Position numbers and translations under genes: made by a program. The notes beneath the pieces are model-generated. The model was not told where the DNA came from and did no database searches. It saw nothing but the letters and a program-made list of their open reading frames with translations. From positions 352,001-416,000 of the forward strand of contig JAXGZN010000002.1 of the NCBI GenBank assembly GCA_040776945.1: a stretch of DNA of 64,000 nt, read 5' to 3'. Shown here one piece after another: positions 19,496-30,303 of this stretch; within the stretch, counting starts at the first letter, position 1, and each line of letters opens with the position of its first letter. The DNA comes from Methanomassiliicoccaceae archaeon. GTDB taxonomy: Archaea > Thermoplasmatota > Thermoplasmata > Methanomassiliicoccales > Methanomassiliicoccaceae.

Positions 19496-20755
19496 ATGGA
19501 AATGCGAATAGGAGCAAAGATCGGAGTAATCTTGATAATCGCGTGCCTAGCGATGTTATTGGTGCCAGTAGGCCACGCCTCCGCTTTTGGTGAGGAGCTG
19601 ACCACTCCTACCGGAGGCACGGGAGCTACGGGCGACCAATCGTTGCTGGAGGATGAGCTGCATAAATACAACAAGAACCAGGACGTCTGGTTCATGCTCA
19701 TGCTGGTCGCCTTCCTGATGATGTTCATCCGGAAGTTCGAGTGGGGCGTCGCGCTCGCGGTGCTCCTGGTGACAGTCACCAGCTTTCTGGCATACATGGC
19801 CGTCGAGGAGTTCTTCTTCGATAAAGCGTGGAACCAGGACCTGATGTTGATGGGAGTGATATGTTCGATCACCGTGGTCATCGCGATAGGGATGTTCCTT
19901 GGGACGGTGAAGATGTGGCAGTACTTGCTCGTCGGAGCCATATTCGGTCCGATGTTCGCTTTTATCGAGTGGTTCATGTTCACCTATCTGGACGGTGTTG
20001 TCGACCCCGGTGGATCGATCCTGGTGCACATGTGCGCGGCGTACTTCGGCATGGGCGTTATATTGACTATCAGGGAGAAAAGAGCGTTCCATGAGCCGAT
20101 GTACACCACAACACATAGCGTCACCTTCGTCTGGTTGGCGTCAATGCTATTATGGATGTTGTGGCCTTCCTTCGTGACCGCCCTGCTTCCCGCGGACCAG
20201 GTCACTTGGGGAATGATCACCTGCTACATGGCAGGCATAGGCTCGATAATCACCACCTATATCATATGTCAGCTGGTGCAGAAGAAGGTCAATCCGCTGA
20301 TCTATACATACGCGATGCTGGCCGGCCCGGTGGCAATCGGTTCACCGCTGCTATCGGTCAACCAGTGGGGAGCGCTCATAATCGGATTGATCGCCGGTGC
20401 CCTGTCCGCCCTGGCGTTCATCTACCTGCAGCCGTGGCTGTGCAAGAAGATCGGAGCGCTCGACGTCATGGGCGTGCACAACCTGCATGGTGTCGGAGGA
20501 TGGATCGGTGCCCTATCCGCTGCGATAATCATCGGTAGCGTGACCAACGCTATCGCCGCGGTCGGTGTCGTCATAATAACCATGGTCGTCGGCGGCATAA
20601 CCGGCGGCATCGTGAGACTGACCAGGGGGACCATCACCGATGACATGCTGTTCACCGATGACAGCGACTTCATAAAGACCGAGGCCCCACCGCTGGAGGC
20701 TCTGCCCAGGGAGGTGATTGTGGCAGGCGGGACAGTTCCTGCAGACCAACGTTGA
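19496..20755 (+). CDS. Rh50-type Amt/Rh family ammonium/methylamine channel
   Basis: Rh-type motifs QDVWFM..FLMMFIRKF, DPGGSILVH..AYFG, LWMLWPSF, D..GVHNLHG; twin His present; GGAGGAG RBS. Confidence 0.88.
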   Translation: MEMRIGAKIGVILIIACLAMLLVPVGHASAFGEELTTPTGGTGATGDQSLLEDELHKYNKNQDVWFMLMLVAFLMMFIRKFEWGVALAVLLVTVTSFLAYMAVEEFFFDKAWNQDLMLMGVICSITVVIAIGMFLGTVKMWQYLLVGAIFGPMFAFIEWFMFTYLDGVVDPGGSILVHMCAAYFGMGVILTIREKRAFHEPMYTTTHSVTFVWLASMLLWMLWPSFVTALLPADQVTWGMITCYMAGIGSIITTYIICQLVQKKVNPLIYTYAMLAGPVAIGSPLLSVNQWGALIIGLIAGALSALAFIYLQPWLCKKIGALDVMGVHNLHGVGGWIGALSAAIIIGSVTNAIAAVGVVIITMVVGGITGGIVRLTRGTITDDMLFTDDSDFIKTEAPPLEALPREVIVAGGTVPADQR

Positions 20756-21039
20756 TTCCTCCTCAAGAAAAACGAAGCGTGCTCCCACACGTGTTCGATA
20801 CTTCCACCAAAACCCCTTCAAAACCTTTTCCCAATCACTTACCCGCATCGCCCCCTGTTCTGTTCTCAGCGCGTTCCGTTCGCGTAGGGTGATGGAAGGC
20901 CGGACGATCTTCCGGTCCGTGCGACCTGTTCTTCGATCCCCGATCCCCTCTACGCCTGAAGGCACGCCGGAGGCCATGATGATTATAACTATGTAGAATG
21001 AGCTAGAATAAGACCATCAAAGGCCCATTTTGGTGAGAC

Positions 21040-23298
21040 ATGGTCCCCATAGACAGATTATCGGCTGGTAGTCTCAGGGAGATCGTTCATCTGTCCGGAG
21101 AGGGCATAATGGTCCTGGACCAGGACGGGCGGATAGATGACATCAATGAGCGCGGGGCCTCGATGCTGGGCAAACGTCCGGAGGACCTGATCGGGCGCGT
21201 ACTGGACCAGGCGGGCCTTCCAGCCGCGGCGGCCTCGGCAGGCCATCGAGAGGAACTTGTACTACTTGACGGCGGTCGAGCGGCCCGGTTTTCCTTGACC
21301 TCCGCGCCCCTCCGCGGCGACGAGGAAGGAAGAGGGACCCTGATCATCTTCCGGGAAATCACCGGCGCCTGGGAGGCCGAGGCCAGGTATCGCTCCCTGT
21401 TCCAGAACCCCCACGAGGTCGTGGCGCTGATGAGGTATGTGCTCGACAGCGAGGACAATGTCATCGACGCGGTCTTCGCCGACGTGAACGAACTGTTCAC
21501 GGCCGCGACAGGGCTGACAAGGGCAGAGGTGGCGGAAAGGACGGCCACCGAGGTGCTCGGCCTCGATGCCGTGCGGGAGCACCTGTCCATCCTTCAACAT
21601 GTCCGGTCGAGGAACGAGAGGATGTCCTGCGAGACCTATTATGCTCCGCTCGATGCGACCGTCCGCAACTTCTTCGCACCGGCAGGTCCGGACATGTTCA
21701 TCCTTTCCTCGATGAACGTAACCAAGGTCGCAAGGGCCATGAAGGCATTAGAGGAGAAGGCCGAGGTCGCCCGCCGAAAGACCGAGGAGATGGAGGCATT
21801 GATGGACATCGTCCCATCGGCCATTTGGATCGCCGATGATCCTGAGTGCAAGGTCATCACCGGCAATAGGGCCGCCGATCTTCTCTACGAGTCCGAGGAC
21901 GACGAGAACGTTTCCGCCGGGACCTCCAAAGGAGTGGAGCTCAACCCAACGAGGCGTTTTTTCAAGAACGGTCGGGAGCTTAGGCCGGAGGAGCTTCCGA
22001 TGCAGGCCGCGGCCGCCACGGGAGCGCCACATCTCAATTGTGAGATCGACGTCCTGGTGCCCAGCGGTAAAAGGAAAACGATTCTGGGCAACGCGATCCC
22101 TCTATTCGACAATGACGGCAAGGTTCGCGGCAGCGTTGCATCGTTCCTCGACATCACCGAGCGCAAGACGACCGAACAGCGGCTCAAGGAGAGCGAGGCC
22201 AAATACCATGGGCTGTTCGATTGCCTGCACGAGGCGGTGAGCATATCGGAATACCTATTTGATGAGCAGGGAGAGGTAATCGACTGGAAATGCCTCGATG
22301 CCAATCGAAGGGCCTCTATGTTGTTCGGGAAGAGGAAGGAGGAGCTTATAGGCCTTAAGGCCTCCCAGATGGTTGGAGAGGCCACGGTGGCCAAGCTGCT
22401 CCCGATGGTGAGGGACATGAGAGCTTCCGGCCTCCCGCAGATGTTCGAGGACCGCTTCGAGCCATTGAAAAGGGACTTCCTCAACATGTTCAATCCCTTC
22501 GGCAAGGACCTCTTCATCTCCACATCGTTGGACATCACTGTGATCAAGGAGGCCCAGAGGCGGGCGGAGGACTACTCCAAAAAGCTCGAGCGCTCCAACG
22601 AGGAGCTGCAGCAGTTCGCCTACGTGGCCTCTCACGACCTGCAGGAACCGCTGCGCATGGTGACCATCTATATCGGCCTGCTGGAGAAGAGGCACGGCAG
22701 GGAGCTTAGCGATGAGGCAAGGAGATGCATGGACACCGCGGTCGAAGGGGCCCACCGCATGCGGCAGCTGGTGAACGACCTATTGGCCTACTCGCGCGTG
22801 GACTCGTTCACCGTAGACCTTGTTCCGGTCGATCTGGGAGAAGCGACCATGTCGGTGATGGCCGAGCTACGGCCGTCGATCATGGAGGCAGAGGCCGACA
22901 TAATCATCGATCGACTTCCGATCGTGCGCGCGGACGAGGCCCAGATGAGGCAGTTGCTGACCAATCTGGTCGGCAACGCAATCAAGTTCCGCAGGGGACC
23001 TGCGCCGGTGGTCCGCATCTCCGCCGCCGCCACTCGGGAGCATCATCATATCTCGATCGAGGACAACGGCATCGGCATAGATCCCAGGCACTCCGACAAG
23101 TTGTTCCATATGTTCCAGCGGCTGCACACCAGGGAGGAGTACCCCGGCACCGGCATCGGCCTAGCCATAAGCAAGAAGATCGTGGAGCGGCACGGCGGAC
23201 GCATCTGGTTCGAGTCGGAGGTCGGGAAGGGTACGACGTTCCATTTCACCCTGCCGCGGTCAGGGGAAGGCGATCAAGGACCGGTCGGGCCGCAATGA
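21040..23298 (+). CDS. multi-PAS sensor histidine kinase
   Basis: PAS repeats; H-box FAYVASHDLQEPLR, NLVGNAIKF, DNGIGI, GTGIGL, GTTFHFTLP. Confidence 0.92.
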   Translation: MVPIDRLSAGSLREIVHLSGEGIMVLDQDGRIDDINERGASMLGKRPEDLIGRVLDQAGLPAAAASAGHREELVLLDGGRAARFSLTSAPLRGDEEGRGTLIIFREITGAWEAEARYRSLFQNPHEVVALMRYVLDSEDNVIDAVFADVNELFTAATGLTRAEVAERTATEVLGLDAVREHLSILQHVRSRNERMSCETYYAPLDATVRNFFAPAGPDMFILSSMNVTKVARAMKALEEKAEVARRKTEEMEALMDIVPSAIWIADDPECKVITGNRAADLLYESEDDENVSAGTSKGVELNPTRRFFKNGRELRPEELPMQAAAATGAPHLNCEIDVLVPSGKRKTILGNAIPLFDNDGKVRGSVASFLDITERKTTEQRLKESEAKYHGLFDCLHEAVSISEYLFDEQGEVIDWKCLDANRRASMLFGKRKEELIGLKASQMVGEATVAKLLPMVRDMRASGLPQMFEDRFEPLKRDFLNMFNPFGKDLFISTSLDITVIKEAQRRAEDYSKKLERSNEELQQFAYVASHDLQEPLRMVTIYIGLLEKRHGRELSDEARRCMDTAVEGAHRMRQLVNDLLAYSRVDSFTVDLVPVDLGEATMSVMAELRPSIMEAEADIIIDRLPIVRADEAQMRQLLTNLVGNAIKFRRGPAPVVRISAAATREHHHISIEDNGIGIDPRHSDKLFHMFQRLHTREEYPGTGIGLAISKKIVERHGGRIWFESEVGKGTTFHFTLPRSGEGDQGPVGPQ

Positions 23299-23781
23299 CC
23301 TGCATGGCGGCCTCAATGTCAATTACGGACATCTGCGCCCGGCAGGGCCCTTTCAAAGGTCGCCACCTTTCCGCAGAGCACGCATCTCTCGACGACCTGG
23401 ACCTTATCCATCCTGAACCTGATGTCCTGCAGATGTCCGCACCCTGGACATGGGACCGTTCTCAGGACATAATGACGCATCCTCATATGCTCGTTCCATT
23501 GAGCGCCCGGTCAGGTTATTCCGCTTTCGGGGGGAGGTGTCCGAAAATGGCCCCGCCGAGGCACAGCCCGTCCGGACCGGCCAGCGGGCTGCCGTTCCCA
23601 TGCTTCTAGCGCGGGAGGAAAGCGAACCTCTCCAATCTATCGAACTGGAAAGATCACTTGGGTTCGGGCGGCCATCATCAGAGACCATTAAATACATCCA
23701 GTTCTACTTATTATCTCAACATTAAGATTTATGACGCCGGCCTGGGGCGGGCCAAAGGGCGTTCTAGAGCGGGGGGCGGAC

Positions 23782-25341
23782 ATGAGCATCGCGAGGATAT
23801 GGTCGATCAGGAGGCCCGGTGGCAATGTGGACACCGGCCGCAGGCAAATGGGCCCGCTATGGGCGGTCATCCTGCTATCAGCAGCACTGCTGGCCCCGCT
23901 CGCCGCAGCCCAAGGCGCGGCGGAGGCCGGAACGGAGCCGGTGATGGCGGTCGAGACCATAAGGACGGGAAGCTCATCGGACTGCGATATCGCCGTGGAC
24001 CCCAACGGCAACCCTCACGTCTGCTATTTCGACGTCGACAGCGGAAGCCTGATGTACGCCACCGGCCACAGGGGCACATGGTCCATCGAGGCCATCGCCG
24101 GCCCGGGACTGACAGGGAGCGCATTCTCCCTGGCGGTGGACGCGGAAGGAAACGCCCACGTATCGTACGTCGGAACCTATGGGACGAGCTACGACGACCT
24201 CATCTATGCCACCAATAAAGGCGGGAGGTGGCACCATCAGCTAATAGATGACGCGGAAGTGCTGGGATATACCTCTGCGGCTGTCGACGGCCAGGGAAGC
24301 GTCCACATCAGCTATCACACCGGCGGCAGCTATGAGGACGACAACCTCATGTATGCCACGAACGCGGGCGGCACATGGAGGACCGAGGTCGTGGATGCCG
24401 GGCAGGCCGGATACTACAACGCCATCGCCATCGGTCCGAACGGGACCGTCCACATCGCAGCCTACGCCGGGATCGGAAGCAAGCCGCTCAGGCACAGCAC
24501 CAATGAGGGCGGCCTGTGGAGCAGCGAGGACATCGAGGGAAGCGTGTGGGTCGGAAGCTTCTGCTCGATAGCGTTGGACCCTCATGGCCACCCCCGCGTT
24601 GCGGCGTCCACAAGCGACCATATCGGCCAAGTGGACCTGAAGCACGTCATCCGCTCTGACGGTGCATGGTCTCCGGAGATCATCGAGCACGGAGGCTACG
24701 TATGGGGCCGCTCCATAGCCATCGATGGCAATGACAGCTCCCACATTTGCTATCGCTCCTATGCCGACAACGCGCTCATGTACCAGACCAATGCCGGAGG
24801 GCAGTGGAGCGCCAGGACCGTCGACCTTCTCGGCTCGGCGAACTCCTGCGGCTCGATAGCCGTCAGCAGCGACGGCGTCGTTCACATGTGCTATATAACT
24901 AAGGACGCTGGCGGCACACGTCTCAAGCACGCCACGATCGGAGACGTCCAGAACATCGAGGCGCCGTCCGCCCCGACCGGCCTGGCGGCATCGGTCGTCA
25001 ACGGCTCGGTGCAGCTCAGCTGGACCTCCCAGTCCAGCGGCTCTGCGTTCAACGTGTATCGCGGGACCGACCCCAGCGCGATGAGCCTCATCGCCACGGT
25101 CAACGGGACCTCATACCTGGACAGGGAGCCCGGAGGGGCCGGTTCGTTCTTCTACCGGGTCGAAGCGGTGGACGGCGGCGGCGCGAGCGAGGCGGTCCAG
25201 GCGGTCGTGAACATCACGGCATCCGACAGCTTGGTCAGGGACGAACCTCTCCTGCCGGTGTCTCTCGCGGGCATCATCGGAGCGGGGGCCGTCGTTGCCA
25301 TGCTTGCTCTGGGCGCGATCATCCTGATGAAGCGGAAATGA
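23782..25341 (+). CDS. secreted beta-propeller-repeat plus FN3 surface protein with C-terminal TM
   Basis: Repeats of IAVD..G..HISY.....LMYATN.GG.W; APSAPTGL..FNVYRG FN3; TM plus KRK tail; start uncertain. Confidence 0.8.
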   Translation: MSIARIWSIRRPGGNVDTGRRQMGPLWAVILLSAALLAPLAAAQGAAEAGTEPVMAVETIRTGSSSDCDIAVDPNGNPHVCYFDVDSGSLMYATGHRGTWSIEAIAGPGLTGSAFSLAVDAEGNAHVSYVGTYGTSYDDLIYATNKGGRWHHQLIDDAEVLGYTSAAVDGQGSVHISYHTGGSYEDDNLMYATNAGGTWRTEVVDAGQAGYYNAIAIGPNGTVHIAAYAGIGSKPLRHSTNEGGLWSSEDIEGSVWVGSFCSIALDPHGHPRVAASTSDHIGQVDLKHVIRSDGAWSPEIIEHGGYVWGRSIAIDGNDSSHICYRSYADNALMYQTNAGGQWSARTVDLLGSANSCGSIAVSSDGVVHMCYITKDAGGTRLKHATIGDVQNIEAPSAPTGLAASVVNGSVQLSWTSQSSGSAFNVYRGTDPSAMSLIATVNGTSYLDREPGGAGSFFYRVEAVDGGGASEAVQAVVNITASDSLVRDEPLLPVSLAGIIGAGAVVAMLALGAIILMKRK

Positions 25342-25494
25342 CGGCCATCCACGAGGGTTGTCCGCTGTGCACAGCCATCCTCTCCCAGGCGGCCGCGGTT
25401 CTAGCGTCCATAACCTCTCTCCAGGCCTTAGGCTACGCAAGAGATTAAGATAGTTCGAGCGCGTTATGTCCCTAAGCACTGCGGCGGACCTCCT

Positions 25495-26433
25495 ATGATG
25501 CCCATCGAAGTAAGGGAGCTCGTTAAGCACTATGGGGACGTAAAGGCTGTAGATGGCATCTCCTTTTCCGTCAAGGAGGGCGAGATATTCGGGCTCCTGG
25601 GGCCCAACGGCGCTGGTAAAACGACCACCATCGAGATCCTGGAAGGTCTGAGGAAGAAGGACGGGGGCGAGGCCCTTGTGCTCGGCATCGACCCCTGGAG
25701 CGATGGACGCCGCCTTCACCGCAGGATCGGGGTGATCCCCCAGGAGTTCAACTTCTTCGAGAAGACCACCCCGAGAGAGGCGGTCATCTACTATGCCAGC
25801 CTCTTCGGCGTCAAGGTCGATGCGGACGAGATCCTGAGGTCGGTGCTGCTGGAGAGCTCTTCGAACACGCTGTTCGAGAACCTTTCGGGAGGGCAGAAGC
25901 AGAAGACCGGCCTTGCTCTTTCCCTGGTGAACTCCCCGGACCTGCTTTTCCTTGACGAGCCGACCACGGGCCTGGACCCCAACGCCCGGAGGGCGATCTG
26001 GGAGGTCATAGAGAACCTCAAGGTCAAGGGCAAGACCATCGTGCTCACGACCCATTACCTGGATGAGGCCCAGCGGCTGTCGGACAGGGTCGCGATCATG
26101 GACCAAGGGCGGATCGTGGCGATGGGCACCTCTGAGGAGATCATCGCCCGGCACGGCTCCGGAGAGAGGCTGGAGATCCAGGGAAGCGAGGCCCTTGCGA
26201 ACTACATCCGCGCGGACACCGGCCTGGATGTCGGGCATGCCGGGAACGAGATAAGCATCGCCATCGGGACAAAGAACGATGCGCTGGCGGCCCTCGAGTC
26301 GGCGGAACGGTCCAAGATGGATTGGGGGGACATACGGACCAGGAGGGACAGCCTGGACGATGTGTTCGTAAGGCTGGTAAGAGGAGAGGTCGACGAGACC
26401 GGGGATCTGGTAGGGGGCGAGAGGGATGGATGA
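25495..26433 (+). CDS. ABC-2 exporter ATP-binding protein
   Basis: GPNGAGKTT, LSGGQKQK, LFLDEPTTGLD, TTHY. Confidence 0.95.
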   Translation: MMPIEVRELVKHYGDVKAVDGISFSVKEGEIFGLLGPNGAGKTTTIEILEGLRKKDGGEALVLGIDPWSDGRRLHRRIGVIPQEFNFFEKTTPREAVIYYASLFGVKVDADEILRSVLLESSSNTLFENLSGGQKQKTGLALSLVNSPDLLFLDEPTTGLDPNARRAIWEVIENLKVKGKTIVLTTHYLDEAQRLSDRVAIMDQGRIVAMGTSEEIIARHGSGERLEIQGSEALANYIRADTGLDVGHAGNEISIAIGTKNDALAALESAERSKMDWGDIRTRRDSLDDVFVRLVRGEVDETGDLVGGERDG

Positions 26434-27565
26434 GCCTCGCTCCGGCCGAGGGATAAGCGGCAGGCGGATCCTTGCCGACTTCCTGGTGTACAGCCGGGGG
26501 TACCTGCGGAACCGCATAGGGGTCTTCTTCGGCCTGGTCTTCCCGGTAGTACTGATACTGATCTTCGGGGCCATCTTCTCCGGCACCTCCTCCGGGACGG
26601 TGACGGTCTACGTGCAGAACTTGGACGCCGGCCCCTTCCCATCCCCAGAGATGGACATCTCGGGACATCTCATCGACGCCCTGAACAGGTCAGGCACGGT
26701 GAACGTGGTCATGGTGTCGCCCTCTGAGGACCTTCCGAGGTACATGGCCAACCGCTCCGCGTCGGACGGCGTGGTGATACCGGCGGACTTCTCGTCCGAC
26801 TACCTCGCCGCCCGGCCGATCAACCTGACCGTTTACGGCAACCCCGCCTCCAGCAGCAGCGCCATAGTATCGGGCACGCTCGGCGGGATAGCCAACCTCT
26901 TCAACCTGCAGCGGTTCAACGGGACGAGCGTCATCGGCCTGGACCATGCGACCGTCAGCGCCCAGCAGACCGAGTACGTGGATTTCCTGATCCCAGGGCT
27001 GATAGGCTTCTCCATCCTCGTCAGCCCCATGTTCTCGCTGGTCAACGTGACCTCGGAATATAAGAAGACCAAGCTGTTCAAGCAGCTCAGCCTCACCCCC
27101 CTCACCAAGATGGAATGGCTGGCCGCGAAGGTCATGTGGTACATTGTCCTCTCGGCGGCGTCGTTCGTGCTGATGGTCATCGTGGGCATAGCCGCCTTCG
27201 GGGCCCACATCACGCTCACCGCATGGATAGTTCCGTTCTTGGTCCTGGGCCCCATGCTGTTCGCCGCGATCGGCATGCTCGTCGGCACGGTGTCGAAGAA
27301 CCCTGAGACGGCAGGAGTGGTCGGGAACATAGTCACCTTCCCCATGATGTTCCTGTCCGGTACCTTCTTCCCCATCAGCATCATGCCCGATTACCTTCAG
27401 ACCATCGCCCACGTCCTCCCGCTCTTCTACGTCATCGAGGGCTTGAACAACGTCATGGTCTACGACAATGTTGCGGGGGCGATGATCGACATCGCCGTGG
27501 TCGCGGTGCTGACCGCGGTATTCTTCATCGCCGCAGTGATGCTGTTCAAGTGGAGAGAGGATTGA
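26426..27565 (+). CDS. ABC-2 type permease
   Basis: YVDFLIPGLIG, FPMMFLSGTFFP, LPLFY; multiple TMs. Confidence 0.92.
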   Translation: MDEPRSGRGISGRRILADFLVYSRGYLRNRIGVFFGLVFPVVLILIFGAIFSGTSSGTVTVYVQNLDAGPFPSPEMDISGHLIDALNRSGTVNVVMVSPSEDLPRYMANRSASDGVVIPADFSSDYLAARPINLTVYGNPASSSSAIVSGTLGGIANLFNLQRFNGTSVIGLDHATVSAQQTEYVDFLIPGLIGFSILVSPMFSLVNVTSEYKKTKLFKQLSLTPLTKMEWLAAKVMWYIVLSAASFVLMVIVGIAAFGAHITLTAWIVPFLVLGPMLFAAIGMLVGTVSKNPETAGVVGNIVTFPMMFLSGTFFPISIMPDYLQTIAHVLPLFYVIEGLNNVMVYDNVAGAMIDIAVVAVLTAVFFIAAVMLFKWRED

Positions 27566-28056
27566 GCCGTCCTTTGCCTTGGCCGGCCTGATAGCAAAGG
27601 TCTCAGAGGAGGATCGCCCCCGGTGCTACGGAACGGTCTCACGTTGCGGCGAAGGTGCGATGCCTCCGGAGCGCTGCCGGACATGGTCCATCGCCTCAAC
27701 GTCGAAAGGGAGGTCCGTACCCGGTCCGACCAGGCCAATGGAGGGCCGGGCGACGATGTCGGCCTCAACTGCCACATATTTGATGATGGGACGGAAGGCG
27801 TTCAGAACGTCGTCGTAGCTGCCGCCGTCGGGCCCGGAAGGGCTTCCAACCTTGCCTACGGGACCGGCAACGGATGCGGCGCAGCCCGTCCCGTCCGTCT
27901 CGTCGGGCCTTGCAGCCTGCACTTGCCGTCTCGGCATGAAGGACCGGCGGGCCGTTCCTTATCTCCCCCGGCGACAGGGACCATGCTCAAGGGGAACATA
28001 TTATCACCCATCTCCTCCAACGTGGCATCGGCATCGAGCGAACGAAGGGTGATGAT

Positions 28057-28368
28057 ATGAGATCGACAGAGGCGGTGGAGAAGAGGAGCGAAGTATCGAA
28101 CGGTCCGGCCGGAAGACCGCTCCTCGAGAACGACAGAGTGAGGATCATAAGATCGATCATCGGGCCGGGAGAGAGGAAGGCCATGCACTCCCATCCCGAT
28201 CACGCGATCTATGTGGTCAAGGGCGGAAAGGTGCGCTCGACCTCCCCGGGGGGCTCTCAGGACCTAGACCTGGTGGGAGGCGAAGCGCTGTTCATGGGAC
28301 CGATGTCGCACGAGGTCGCCAACATCGGCGACACCGAGGTCGAGCTGGTGGTCATCGAGATCAAGTGA
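28057..28368 (+). CDS. cupin domain protein
   Basis: LLENDRVRI, MHSHPD, HEVANIGDTEVELVVIEIK. Confidence 0.85.
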   Translation: MRSTEAVEKRSEVSNGPAGRPLLENDRVRIIRSIIGPGERKAMHSHPDHAIYVVKGGKVRSTSPGGSQDLDLVGGEALFMGPMSHEVANIGDTEVELVVIEIK

Positions 28369-28431
28369 TCCATCGGGCCCTCGTCCGCGCATAGGCACGA
28401 CCGAGCCCCGGCCTGGAGAGCGGAGGCCCGG

Positions 28432-28929
28432 TCAGGGCGCCGGTTCGCTGTACCGCCGGTACATCCCGCGGAGATGCTCGTCCCGCAGCGAGTGGTAGGC
28501 GCGGGCGTTGGCCTCCGCCCGGTCGTGGATGCTGGCGTCATCGTACCGTATGATCTTGCCGGGAACGCCAACGACCACTGAGCGGGGAGGGATGTCCATG
28601 TTGCCGGTGATGACCGCGTTGGCGCCGATTATGCAGTCATCGCCTATGATCGCGCCCTCGATCACCGTCGAGTTCATCCCGATTATGCAGCTGTCGCCGA
28701 CGGTAGCGCCGTTGATGATCGCCCCGTGCCCGATGGTGACGTTCTTCCCTATGATCGTCGGAAAGCCGGTCTCCACGTGAAGGACGGCATGCTCCTGCAC
28801 GTTGCTTCCCTCCCCGACCACCACTCGGTCATGGTCGGCGCGTATCACCGCGTAGGGCCATATGCTCACTCCATCACCCAGTTCGTAGTTGCCGATCAGC
28901 ACCGCTGTCGGATCGATGTACCTGCTCAC
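28432..28929 (-). CDS. gamma carbonic anhydrase family (hexapeptide repeat) protein
   Basis: IDPTAVLIG, VIRAD, GSNVQE..VLH, VTIGHGA, GVPGK; GTG start after GAGGA. Confidence 0.9.
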   Translation of the reverse strand: MSRYIDPTAVLIGNYELGDGVSIWPYAVIRADHDRVVVGEGSNVQEHAVLHVETGFPTIIGKNVTIGHGAIINGATVGDSCIIGMNSTVIEGAIIGDDCIIGANAVITGNMDIPPRSVVVGVPGKIIRYDDASIHDRAEANARAYHSLRDEHLRGMYRRYSEPAP

Positions 28930-29037
28930 GCGATCGTCCTCTGGACCGATATCGGGCGGGAAGGCCATATACTATCTCGTTGCCGGGAAATGGGCAGCAC
29001 AATCAATATCCATGCGAGGACATGACGATCATAGTAC

Positions 29038-29589
29038 ATGTTGTCCAAAGAGAGCGCCTTGGCCATCGTTCGCGAGCACATACGGAAGGAGAGCAACATC
29101 AAGCACATGATCGCCGTGGGAGCGATCATGGGCGAGCTCGCCGCTCGCTTCGGCGAGGATGCAGTCCGCTGGGAACTGGCAGGGCTGCTGCATGACATCG
29201 ACCTGGAGGAGTGCTCGTCCATGGAGGACCACGGCGTCATAGCGAAGGGCATCCTCTCCGGCAAGGTGGACGATGAGATCATCGATGTCATCATGGCGCA
29301 CAACCACGAGGCGACCGGCGTGCCGGTGGACAGCCGGGCGAAGACCGCCCTTATCGCCTCCGATGCCGCCTCCGGACTGATCATGGCCTGCGCCCTGGTC
29401 ATGCCGTCGAAGAAGCTCGCGGACGTACGGGCCAGTTCATTGCGGAAGAGGTTCGGCAGCAAGGACTTCGCAAGGAACGTGAGCCGCGAGCGGATAATGA
29501 GATGCGAGGAACTTGGCCTGTCCCGGGACGATTTCCTGGAGATATCCCTGGAAGGGCTGAGGAAGGTCTCAGATGAGCTGGGGCTGTGA
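29038..29589 (+). CDS. HD domain (HDIG) phosphohydrolase
   Basis: KHMIAV, AGLLHDID, HG, AH, ASDAASGLI.ACAL..PSKKL. Confidence 0.9.
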   Translation: MLSKESALAIVREHIRKESNIKHMIAVGAIMGELAARFGEDAVRWELAGLLHDIDLEECSSMEDHGVIAKGILSGKVDDEIIDVIMAHNHEATGVPVDSRAKTALIASDAASGLIMACALVMPSKKLADVRASSLRKRFGSKDFARNVSRERIMRCEELGLSRDDFLEISLEGLRKVSDELGL

Positions 29590-30303
29590 TCCCGCACATC
29601 GGAACGGCGATCATCGTTGCCTCCCCGCACCCGCATGCCGTCCGACGCGGCACCGTTCCCCGGATACCCGTTCGAGCGGTCTCCCGTCCTGCATTGGGCG
29701 ATCGATATGCTCGTCCCGCCCCTCCCCCTCCGATCGCCGAACATGAACGGAGCTTCAGCCTCTCGGCCATCCTCTCGATCCATGAGCAAAGGAACCGTTC
29801 GACCGGCGCGAACCTGTCCGGACCGCCGGGGACGGGCTCCAGGCCCCTGTGGGACCGACAACTTGGGGCCGGGGGAAGGAGTTGCACCTTCGAACACGGA
29901 CTTGCGGTCCGCTCCATTGATGCTCTGGCACCCCGGCATTGATGCAAGCTGCCGACCATAGAACTCCGGCATTCGCAGGATGCCAACATGGTACAAGGTT
30001 CCATTGATATTAAACCTGCCTCGCCGACATCGTTGACGATACAGCTGGGGCTGCTCGATGGTCGATGCCATCGATGCCCATCTCAAGGGCCCCTCGAGCT
30101 CATCGCCTAGTGATTCCACAATGCGAAACATCATGACATTAGTTTTATCAATGCATAGAAGAATGAAAGAACGCCCCCCGGCTGAGGGGCCGCCAAGATT
30201 CCAATCCTTGTAGCTCATATGTTTCCTCCAAAATCCCTCTCAGCCGGGCCGGTCCTTTTCTCTCAGCGGATGGCCTCTGCGAGACCGTGGCGCGCAGGTC
30301 GAC

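Noticed and set aside
28926-30218. 430-aa minus-strand ORF as a full gene
   Set aside because: The C-terminal part is antisense to the HD-domain gene and compositionally non-coding.
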